The translations under genes and the position numbers were made by a program. A stretch of DNA of 60,967 nt, filler included, from Asterionella formosa (taxonomy: Eukaryota): NCBI GenBank assembly GCA_002256025.1. It is 14 parts of 14 records of this genome, joined end to end, with 100 filler letters (N's around TTAATTAATTAA, not from the genome) between each part and the next. Parts side by side here need not be neighbours in the genome. Positions count along the whole stretch, not along the records: positions 8,745 to 13,014 come from NKIB01013618.1; positions 13,115 to 17,382 come from NKIB01013619.1; positions 17,483 to 21,749 come from NKIB01013621.1; 11 more parts are not named here. One strand, given 5' to 3'. Positions 12,076 to 21,849 of this stretch are shown here, piece after piece (position 1 is the first letter of the stretch; every line of letters begins with the position of its first letter). The notes beneath the pieces were generated by a model that ran no database searches, was not told the DNA's origin, and saw only the letters and a list, made by a program, of their open reading frames with translations.

Positions 12076-12906
12076 TTATAGTAAATTCTTGTATCGCTTT
12101 CTCTTTTTTCCTATACTGTCGTGCGTTCTATTTTTGGTTGGAGTGAGTTTGGCTTGCCCATCATCATCATTATCCTTCATCAAGTCGTCGACACCCAACA
12201 CCATGGACAATCCACTTTCTTTGTTCGGCGCAGGGTAATTGTCATTTTTCCAGTGTTGCTGGCGGTGCAACGCGGAATTACTGGGAGGTAACTATAGTTT
12301 GTTTCTCGTTTCGGACGTTAATGGTCGGCCTGAAAAGTCTGCTCCACCAACACGCAAATGTTCTGGCTTGATCGTTCGATGGTCCTTCCGAATATTCTTT
12401 TGACGAGATCGGACTTTTTTTCGTGGACGCTTCTTCTTTGTGCCTTCGGCACTAATAATTGCCGTGTTGTTGGTTTCTGGTAGCGGTTCATTCGTAGTCA
12501 TGATAGAGGTCGCATTTTTTCGTTCCTTCTTGCCCAGTTTTTTCGGTTTTGTTTTCACACTGATGGGGTCAGCTGGTACTTCATTTCTCCCCGCCGACAC
12601 TCCCTTAGGTGTCGCAATGTCAGTTCGACCATGCTCTTCCTCTTCTTCTGAATCTTCAGAGGTATTGTCATCGTCTTCATCGATTGGTTTCCGTGTCCTT
12701 ACATTGAAAAGTTTCTTGGAAAATTTGGTACTGGCAGTTGCAGTAGCGTTGGAAAATTGTTCTGGTTTGGAACCAACGCCTTGTCGACCAGTACGCTGGT
12801 AAGAGGGAGCAATAGTATGTCGCTGCTCTTCTTGCTCGCAGCTAATGCTGCTGCCAAAAAAGGCAGACACGGCGGCAAAACCAGTCGACACGAATTCTGC
12901 TGTCAT
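12076..12906 (-). CDS. Lys/Arg-rich hypothetical (probably nuclear) protein, interrupted by one in-frame TAG at 12292-12294
   Basis: ORFs 12292-12906 and 12076-12270 share a frame: ...[20 protein letters not shown]...[10 protein letters not shown]. Contains [15 protein letters not shown]. Confidence 0.6.
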
Positions 12907-13114
12907 GATTCTGAGAGAAAAATGGACGATTTTATGAGTATCCTATGGTGCGTTTGCTTCTTGTTGTTTCATCGACTGCATGCCGGTAATTATTCTTAGT
13001 ACCTGGTACCTGGTNNNNNNNNNNNNNNNNNNNNNNNNNNNNNNNNNNNNNNNNNNNNTTAATTAATTAANNNNNNNNNNNNNNNNNNNNNNNNNNNNNN
13101 NNNNNNNNNNNNNN

Positions 13115-13385
13115 CTTTTTACGTGAAGAGTGGCATTAATGCATGTGAAGTACCACATAATTAACACTCGTACGTAAACGAAATTTCGAAAAGTCAAATG
13201 AATTATTTGAAACATCAACTAATTCAGTCTCGCGTTCAAAAGTCATTGTGAAAACTCACATGAAGCAGTTAAAACTTCACATGAAACCGTTAAAAGTAAT
13301 CTTTTTTACGTGAAGAGTGGCATAATTGCATGTGAAGTACCACATTATTAACCCTCATACGTAGACGAAATTTCGAAAAGTGGCG
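13115..13385. repeat. AT-rich dispersed repeat with an internal ~80-bp direct duplication (13115-13194 / 13301-13381); inverted copy at 57571-57682
   Basis: cttttttacgtgaagagtggcat...gaaatttcgaaaagt occurs twice. 13196-13325 matches the reverse complement of 57571-57682. Confidence 0.85.
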
Positions 13386-13403
13386 TATTTCGCGTCTTAG
13401 ATG

Positions 13404-13638
13404 CCGTGTAGGGTGTAGGTGAAAAAATCCTGGCTGTGACATGTAAATGATTAGAAGCATTGATCCATTATGAATCAACGGAATACCATCTGATTCGGTA
13501 CTATCTTCCAATGAGCTGAGTGGTTCTTAGGTATTGATTTCTCCAATATTGATGAAGTTATTGACAAATCAGCAGTGGTAACAATCATCACCGTGTAGGG
13601 TGTAGGTGAAAAAATCCGGGCTGTGACATGTAAATGAT
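13404..13638. repeat. 48-bp direct repeat, two copies (13404-13451, 13591-13638)
   Basis: ccgtgtagggtgtaggtgaaaaaatcc[t/g]ggctgtgacatgtaaatgat. Confidence 0.9.
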
Positions 13639-13644
13639 GTCTGA

Positions 13645-13930
13645 CAATACTTTCAATGGCACACTTCCCACAGAGATTGGACTCTTGACAAGTCTCAATT
13701 ATCTAGATGCATTCAATGGATCAGTTCCTCAAGATTTCTAAGTACTGATGACATAATAGTGGTCCATATGTGTTATCCACAGAATGCTGCTAGGGTTAGA
13801 TAAAATATGTAGGCAAGATTGGACTCTTGACAATTTTTACTGATCTATATTTGTTGAACAATACTTTCACTGGCACAGGACTATTGACAATTTTTACTGA
13901 TCTACCGGTATATTTGTTGAACCATACTTT
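13645..13930 (+). pseudogene. Leucine-rich repeat gene fragments (plant-type LRR)
   Basis: NTFNGTLPTEIGLLTSLNYLD and KIGLLTIFTDLYLLNNTFTGT, interrupted and partly duplicated. Confidence 0.65.
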
Positions 13931-13934
13931 TTTC

Positions 13935-14400
13935 CTTTGGAGATGTAGCCCCTTGATGTTTTGGAATTAGAGTCTGAGGGTTCTGTCCTCTATGGCTATG
14001 GGTTTGTCTCCCCATGTGATTTGAGACTCTATGTCTGGATTTCTTGTTGTTGCCTGTATCTTTGATTGTAACCTTTGGCTGGTTGTCTTGCGCTTTTCTG
14101 AGTTTTGTTGTGAATTGCTTTGTTATCTTTTGTGATTTGTTTTCTTGGTTTCTCAGTTGTGTTTTATCTGTGTGTAACCATGGGACCTGCCCTGATTGTG
14201 TGTGTTCTGCTACTTGGATGTCTTTGTGCTCTGGCTATATGAACTGGAGAGTGGTATGATTTGTCTCTATCATTTCTTCTTGGTGGTTTTGTTGCTGTCT
14301 TTTTCCTTGGTAGATATCTTCCTCCTTTGCCTTCGAGAGGCTTTGGGTGCTTTTTGCCTGTAGTCTTGTTGGATATTTGATAGTGGTAGGGCTGCCAGTT
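13935..14400 (-). mobile_element. LINE relic: N-terminus of an APE endonuclease
   Basis: Minus strand ~14020-13950 reads ITWGDKPIAIEDRTLRL*FQNIKG, the typical start of the diatom LINE endonuclease. Confidence 0.55.
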
Positions 14401-14618
14401 GTGTTGATTTTTCAGGTCAAAGTACCCTTGGTACCTACATATACTGGCAAAGGTGTATTATGATTGGCCAAAACACGCTTTTCGTTCGTTTGCTTCGAGG
14501 CAAAGTATACATTCTGATCATAAGCGCCATTCCACCTAGTATGTGCAGGTACTGACTGTGCGCAAGAACCATTAAAAACCGCCAGTAAGATGCTGAGATG
14601 AATTTTTTAGCCACACAG

Positions 14619-14642
14619 TTAGGGTTAGGGTTAGGGTTAGGG
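14619..14642 (+). repeat. Interstitial telomere-type repeat (TTAGGG)4
   Basis: Four perfect TTAGGG units in the middle of a contig. Confidence 0.85.
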
Positions 14643-15440
14643 AATTTCCGGATGAAAGAAGTTGTAGTTCATTGAACCCCAACCGCGTTTGTAGCAAAAT
14701 GGGTAAAGTTTTCATCCCATGATTTCGACACCAGATCAACAATGCATATCATCCTTTCCAACAGCAAAATAGGCACAGCGCCTTTCCTTTGGGGTGATTA
14801 AGTCTCTCTTGCATTTTGTGAGTTGGACATTTAAACTTGGATTTGTTGTCAGGGGTAAAAATTGATGAGATATGTCCTAGCAATGACTGTGAATAATTTA
14901 GTGTCGTAGTTACTGGTAATTGTACTATTGAATGAGTCGCCTTTCCCGCCTGATTTAGTTTCTGCAAATGGTACTGGATCATAGTAGGTTTTGTTAGCCA
15001 AGCCAGCAGTGTAGCTGCCTTAGATGAAACAATATTCAAGACTGCACCACATGGCTGGTAGTTTGCCATTGCTATTTGCCTTGAAAGTTCTTCCTAATTC
15101 CATGCCTATATTATTTTAAATAAGTGACATGAATGTCTTATCCAAAGTATTAGGTATCACCTTTTACTTTTGGATGGTTGAGGCTGCTTTCTTGTTGTAA
15201 GTTTCATTGTTGTTAAGGAGATGACTGCGATTTGCTTTCTTTTGCGGTATGTCGGAAGCAATTTCTGATGTGAATCATGGTCTCGGACATGAATATATGG
15301 CTCGATTTTTTGGCCTTCAAGAAATATTGCATTCATTTACCAAGAGTGACTAATTGATTGATTTATTGCTATAGTACATTGTCCATGGCGGTTAAACGCA
15401 ACTAAATATATATTAGATATTAAATGTTCTTCATGAATGT

Positions 15441-16570
15441 CTATGTGTATTTCTGGGCGATGCCGGCTCTATGGTATAATTTTTTTCCTTCCACATTTGG
15501 GCCTAACTCGTTTGACTCCGAGTCATAACTCTCCTTGTTCCAACAATCCATCATCCCGTTTTGGATCGCGTATCCGTGCATGTTCATAATCTTGTCCGTG
15601 ACATTTTTAGTTAGGACATCTCCAGGATTCTTTTCCGTATTGACGTAGTCAACCTTAATCGTTCCGTTTTCGACTTGTTCTCGTACATATTGGTATCTTA
15701 CGTCGATGTGTTTTGCCCCGACCTGATGATTTTTCGTTAAATAAATCGCGCCGGTATTGTCCTCACCCATTAGACTAGGCATTGCGAAAGTCGTTATTTC
15801 GCCCAGTAGATTCGTTGCGAAGACAGTTTCCTTTGAGCCGTTACTGAGTGCGACATATTCACACTCGGTGCTTGATTGCGTTACGATATCCTGTCCTTTC
15901 GATATCCAGTGTTACTGAGTGCGACATATTCACACTCGGTGCTTGATTGCGTTACGATATCCTGTCCTTTTGATATCCAGTGAATTAGGGCGCACCCTCC
16001 GATCGTGCCTAAATAACCGCTGACACTCTTTCGTGTATCAGGATTAGAGGCGAAGTTGCTATCCACGACATCTTGAATACGTAGCTCGTTGGGCGCACGC
16101 AGTTTCATTCTGCATGCAATGTCCCCATGTAGACACAAATACCCGAGTAGGCGTTCCAATGCTTGCCAGTGCGTTTCGCCTGGGTTGTCGAGGTGCTGTG
16201 ACAATTCACGACATGCGGCGGCGCATACTGGCGATTTTTTCTTCACGAAGTAAACTATCTTTCCAACGAGGGAGCGATATTCCTTATTCTTGATCGTCTC
16301 TCCTCGGTTCTTACTTAGGACCGTTCCCGGGAATCCCGGCGTTGAGGCTTTCTTTGGTTCCTTTCCAAATACAGTCGTGTAGTCATTAATCATATCTTTG
16401 ACAAAGTCCTCCATTTCGGACTGTAGATAGCGTCCGTTCTCGTCTTCACCCCATTTGTATAATACTCCTAGATGCTTGCGTAGCTGGCCAAGCTCTTTAA
16501 CGTTGAAGTATTGTTTCAGTGCCAACTTGAACTTGTTGACGTCGGCTTGGGTGCCGGTTACTGCGAGGTT
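15441..16570 (-). mobile_element. Ty1/Copia RT C-terminus plus RNase H, 5'-truncated and frameshifted by a 71-bp tandem duplication
   Basis: KELGQLRKHLG, YRSLVGK, DSNFASNPDTRKSVSG, SSTECEYVA, EDNTGAI, KHIDVRY, NPGDVLTK. 15841-15911 duplicates 15912-15982 with one mismatch. Confidence 0.93.
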
Positions 16571-17125
16571 TTCATTGGTGTCGTCATCCAAAACAAGCGT
16601 GGGAAACTGGCAATGTTCAGGAGGGCTGGCATAAGAAAGCAAGGAATCCGTTGGGGTCTCCTGGATCTCCTTCATTGTAGAAGTGTAATCAAAGAATGTT
16701 TTGGCGGAATCATTGGGCGCGCTCTGATAATAAATAATTATTATATCATGTGTATTATAACACAAATCGTTGTAATCCTGGTAAGCACCCCGAGGTTTGT
16801 TCACGTAATTCTATAATATGGTTCACGTAATTTATTAAATTTTTTTACGTAATTTAAAAGTACTATCAAATAATGTTGATTACTAATTCAACAAACAGTA
16901 TTTCACATTACATGGGAAACAAATCTCGATATGCAATCAAACGAAGCAGTTCTTTCAGAATGGCATCTTCAGTCTTGAGAAGTCAGGCATTATGAGAAGT
17001 CTGTAAGACAAACGGAAGCCATGCATTCTGAATGAAAAAATCATTCATTCTTGAAGAGGCATTATTGCACGAAGCTGCAACATGAATGCATCACACACTG
17101 GCTTCCTTCTTGTCCTTGAAATGAC

Positions 17126-17217
17126 TTTTCATTCCGGACCTCATTGTCCCTGCCTGTTGTCAACAACAATGCGTGAGCTGACAAGTCATACTAGCATTTA
17201 GGTACACAACAAGAACA
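17126..17217. repeat. Dispersed repeat; inverted copy at ~38493-38588
   Basis: tttcattccggacctcattgtccctgcctgtt.tcaacaacaatgcgtgagctgacaag is shared. Confidence 0.85.
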
Positions 17218-17482
17218 CACTCACCATTCAACTGTATTGCAGAGTTCTTTCATTTGAGTCGAGGATTCAATTGACATTGCAGCAACCTATGCAGTTACAG
17301 AAACAATGAGAAGGAATGATTTGTTAGCAAGTAGTCATGTTACATTGAAACAACGACACGCAATTCCATCGTATCCTCTTGCNNNNNNNNNNNNNNNNNN
17401 NNNNNNNNNNNNNNNNNNNNNNNNNNTTAATTAATTAANNNNNNNNNNNNNNNNNNNNNNNNNNNNNNNNNNNNNNNNNNNN

Positions 17483-18964
17483 CAGGGAAATTTCGATCAA
17501 TGTGTCAGTTGATTCATGACTGCCAACTGATACAGTTTCCTCTTCAAAATCAACGAGAGTGGAGATGCTTAATTGAGACGATTCTTCGTCAGATTCCTGG
17601 CCTTCGTCGATCACGGAAAGTCGACCAGATAATCCAGTTGCATCACCAATTAAAATGGTTCTACAAATTGTGAAGTCAATTGGCATTGTCGATTGAAAGG
17701 ATTCCTCAGGTACCATTGAAACAGATACTGCAGACATCGTAGGGTCAAGAGCGACATTAGAGGAAGAACTCGAGAATCTAGAACTCCCTTCTTTCTGCAT
17801 GGACCGAGCGGTGGCATCATGGATGTCTTTCAAAGAGGCCCTGCCGACACCAAAAAATATGTCAAATGTTGATTCACCGTAGGTTGCGTGCAAAGTGTCA
17901 ATTGCACTCACATCGCCTTTGACCCGCTTCCAATAGGGACAGCAGAGAATCTGGAAACGATCGATTCCGCTATAGTATCGCCAGATAAGGGTGCCAAATG
18001 AGCCTCCAAGCAGAGCAAGCATGGTAAGCCAGTCGTCAATAAAGGGCAGTGTTCCGACTTGAATTCGAGCGAAGATGAGATCCACAATCATTGTGAGGAA
18101 GATCCACCTCTTGCTGTTGATCTCAACGGCCGTGCGTGCAACGCAAAGAATCTTGACAAGAAATCGAAGTGGCCCAAAAGCCAAGGCCCACGCTTTCTGC
18201 CAATTGCTTCCCCGAAGTCGATTGAAGCAAGCCGCCCAAGAACCAGCCACGAAGAGAGAAAAGAGATACATTGCGAGAATCCAGCAGCACTTGAGCAACT
18301 TGCCCTGAAAGGCATTTCTGTGCAAGGCGAAGAGAGTGGCAAGCGCAACAGGGACTGCGAGGAACTCAGTTGCAATGGTGGAAAATGGAATAGGAAAGAA
18401 AGTTTCATGTTCAGTGTTCCACCATCCTTCGGCGATGAAAGCATCCAGAAGCTTTTGAGCCATGAATCCAGCAAGAACTGCCAACGTTCTGGACCGAACT
18501 GGAAGTTTGGCTTCGGGCATGGCGTAGTTAATGGTTTCAATCCACGGAATTAGTGAAATGAATTCGCTGTAAGATAGAATACCATAGAAGAATATTCTGT
18601 TCTCGTCGAGTCCAGCATTGACGGAATTGAAGGGGACCGTGAAGATCCACATATTCAGGAATGCCGACCCGAAAAGGATCCCGGCCATAAGGAACGTCAA
18701 CGAAACGAAGGAGTGATTTGCTGTATGAGGCAGTGAAACAAATTCAGTTGCGATCTGTTCGATTTTCTTGATGGGCTCGAGAAGTAACTTGGATCTTGGC
18801 TTGACTTGTTGAGGGCTTTCAATGTCTCCGGATTGTCCCAACGAGATAGGCGCGACCTTCTTCTTGGAAATCAAGAATACTGACGGCAGTGGAGCCTGTC
18901 GCTCTTGCGGCTCGAAAAGAATGTTTACTTCATCTTTGTGGAGAATCAATCGAGGCAGAGCCAT
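17483..18964 (-). CDS. Multi-pass membrane protein of unknown function, 3' end cut by the contig edge
   Basis: About 490 open codons from ATG 18964, roughly 7-8 hydrophobic segments, an FPIPF motif and a Ser/Glu-rich cytosolic stretch. Confidence 0.75.
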
Positions 18965-20195
18965 AGTGAGACGTCGACGTATGAACTGAGTGAACAAGGA
19001 TATAGAAGCAGAGCTATTTTATTTATACAGCTCTCAGTTGCAAAGGCTAATTGCGGAAAAGGAGGACTTTGTGAGGCTTCCATTTTTGCCTCCTCATTCG
19101 AGGCTCCTTTGATGAGCTAGAAAGTTCCACCACGATGATGGATATCGACATGGTGATGCTTTCGAGCGACGTGACGAAAGTGGTTTTGAATGAGAAAAAG
19201 TGAATCAATTTTGATCCTTTGGTGCTCGCTCAGTTCGCTCTGGCTTGTCCTCCTCTGATTTTGAGCTCGTACCATCAGGTNNNNNNNNNNNNNNNNNNNN
19301 NNNNNNNNNNNNNNNNNNNNNNNNNNNNNNNNNNNNNNNNNNNNNNNNNNNNNNNNNNNNNNNNNNNNNNNNNNNNNNNNNNNNNNNNNNNNNNNNNNNN
19401 NNNNNNNNNNNNNNNNNNNNNNNNNNNNNNNNNNNNNNNNNNNNNNNNNNNNNNNNNNNNNNNNNNNNNNNNNNNNNNNNNNNNNNNNNNNNNNNNNNNN
19501 NNNNNNNNNNNNNNNNNNNNNNNNNNNNNNNNNNNNNNNNNNNNNNNNNNNNNNNNNNNNNNNNNNNNNNNNNNNNNNNNNNNNNNNNNNNNNNNNNNNN
19601 NNNNNNNNNNNNNNNNNNNNNNNNNNNNNNNNNNNNNNNNNNNNNNNNNNNNNNNNNNNNNNNNNNNNNNNNNNNNNNNNNNNNNNNNNNNNNNNNNNNN
19701 NNNNNNNNNNNNNNNNNNNNNNNNNNNNNNNNNNNNNNNNNNNNNNNNNNNNNNNNNNNNNNNNNNNNNNNNNNNNNNNNNNNNNNNNNNNNNNNNNNNN
19801 NNNNNNNNNNNNNNNNNNNNNNNNNNNNNNNNNNNNNNNNNNNNNNNNNNNNNNNNNNNNNNNNNNNNNNNNNNNNNNNNNNNNNNNNNNNNNNNNNNNN
19901 NNNNNNNNNNNNNNNNNNNNNNNNNNNNNNNNNNNNNNNNNNNNNNNNNNNNNNNNNNNNNNNNNNNNNNNNNNNNNNNNNNNNNNNNNNNNNNNNNNNN
20001 NNNNNNNNNNNNNNNNNNNNNNNNNNNNNNNNNNNNNNNNNNNNNNNNNNNNNNNNNNNNNNNNNNNNNNNNNNNNNNNNNNNNNNNNNNNNNNNNNNNN
20101 NNNNNNNNNNNNNNNNNNNNNNNNNNNNNNNNNNNNNNNNNNNNNNNNNNNNNNNNNNTTAACACGATTAGTGAGATCTTTTTGACAGCTTAAAC

Positions 20196-21260
20196 ATGAT
20201 TTCCAATTCTTTGACTATTAGCTACAAAGTTCAGACCAAGTCCAAGCAGTTGCCCCTAAATGCGATTTCCTTTGCGCTCCAGTTTGTTAATTCTCGCATC
20301 GACACCAAGCTCAGGGAGAGTCTCGAAGCAAATTCCACCACGATTGATAGCGTTTCCACGTTTGCTTCAGGTTCTTGTGAGCCTGAATTGGCCTTCAGCT
20401 CGTGCTATCTAGTTTTCACCAATGTTACGACCGCCGCCACGACACCGTCCATGTCAGAAGCGCTTACTTATCAAATGGCCGACTTGATTCGGACGGAAGT
20501 TGAAACTGAAAAATACGATGGGATATTCCAGGAAAATGTGGTGACATGGCTGGGCCCAAATCTTGCGGCTTCACGTATTGTATGGCGCTTTTACGGACCA
20601 GCAAGTGAGATGACCGATGAACAAGAAAACATGTTCGAACATGAAGCCATTTCGTTTTTCTCGTCTTTCGGGGAGTTTCAAAGATCAAACAGCACCGTTG
20701 ACATGATTGTATTTAAAAGTCAAGCCCTTATCTCAGGTATCTTTAATACAACTGCCGTGATCGGTTCGGGCTTGAAAAGTGGTAACCTCCGCCGAGCCCT
20801 TGTCGATGACACAAGGTCCGATGGCATCCTCGAAGTTACGACCTTGACGCTTGGGGAAAGCGAGGAATTCGGCACGTTTCAAGACAGAATAGTGGGGTCC
20901 TTCAACAACGATTCTATTTCATTTCTTAAACAGATTCACGACAAGAGATATCCGTTCTTTGTATCGGTGCACGCCATTGAGGCGAGGACAACATCTACCA
21001 GCAATACACTTCAGCAAGTCCGACCAACAAAGTCCCCCACTATTGGTCTACATCCACCACCACCCGAGTACAATCATTTTAGACTCATCAATACAACTTA
21101 TGCTGCCATTGCCATGGCCTTTTTAGCGGTCGTCATCATTGGTATCGGGATGATTATCGTTGCTATCATGAAGCCAAAGCAAGTCACTACCACCCCCGAA
21201 ATTGGAAGCAAGAACGAAGAGCATGCCGAAGACAGACAAACTACTGGTAGTTCTAAATAA
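20196..21260 (+). CDS. Single-pass type I membrane protein, C-terminal part; the 5' exon(s) probably lie in the N gap
   Basis: 354-aa ORF with a Pro/Thr stalk (PTKSPT), a TM segment (AAIAMAFLAVVIIGIGMIIVAIM) and a short tail. Confidence 0.65.
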   Translation: MISNSLTISYKVQTKSKQLPLNAISFALQFVNSRIDTKLRESLEANSTTIDSVSTFASGSCEPELAFSSCYLVFTNVTTAATTPSMSEALTYQMADLIRTEVETEKYDGIFQENVVTWLGPNLAASRIVWRFYGPASEMTDEQENMFEHEAISFFSSFGEFQRSNSTVDMIVFKSQALISGIFNTTAVIGSGLKSGNLRRALVDDTRSDGILEVTTLTLGESEEFGTFQDRIVGSFNNDSISFLKQIHDKRYPFFVSVHAIEARTTSTSNTLQQVRPTKSPTIGLHPPPPEYNHFRLINTTYAAIAMAFLAVVIIGIGMIIVAIMKPKQVTTTPEIGSKNEEHAEDRQTTGSSK

Positions 21261-21849
21261 TGAGTGTTTTATCATGCTGATTATGGCAACCCATCGGTAG
21301 ACGAAAAAGTGCGAACTCAATTTATAGAAGCCGTATTGTACTAAGCAATAGATTGAATATTATAATTCTGAAATCATTTGTGTTAAAAAAAAAGATACAT
21401 GACGTGATTCATGTGTTTTTCTCCAGTATCTTTCTCGAAGTTGCTCGCCCTTGCAGTCGTGTAAGTCACGCTGAAGGTAATTCCAGCGCACATTATATTG
21501 TTTGCACATCCCGTTCTCATCATCCTGACCATGGTCGGGAGTTCGCAGATCATGATAGCCTTGTCTGCAGCAACGTCAAAACGACGATTAAGCTTCTCGG
21601 CATGATGACGAGGCGTTGACACTTATGTGGGAAACGATCACGACGACGTATTGTATGATCAACATATTCGTTGGCACAACGGAATGTAGGTTCATATATG
21701 ATGCATTGGACATACGTAGGTACCTGGTAACTCGTACAGTTCCAGAGTANNNNNNNNNNNNNNNNNNNNNNNNNNNNNNNNNNNNNNNNNNNNTTAATTA
21801 ATTAANNNNNNNNNNNNNNNNNNNNNNNNNNNNNNNNNNNNNNNNNNNN

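Noticed and set aside
13115..13640. CRISPR-like repeat and spacer pattern
   Set aside because: Only two copies of each repeat, of 48-80 bp with ~110-140 bp between them, in eukaryotic DNA with no cas genes.
14749..15069. Further LINE endonuclease relic (YQPCG resembles YQPGG)
   Set aside because: One weak motif with no supporting downstream motifs.
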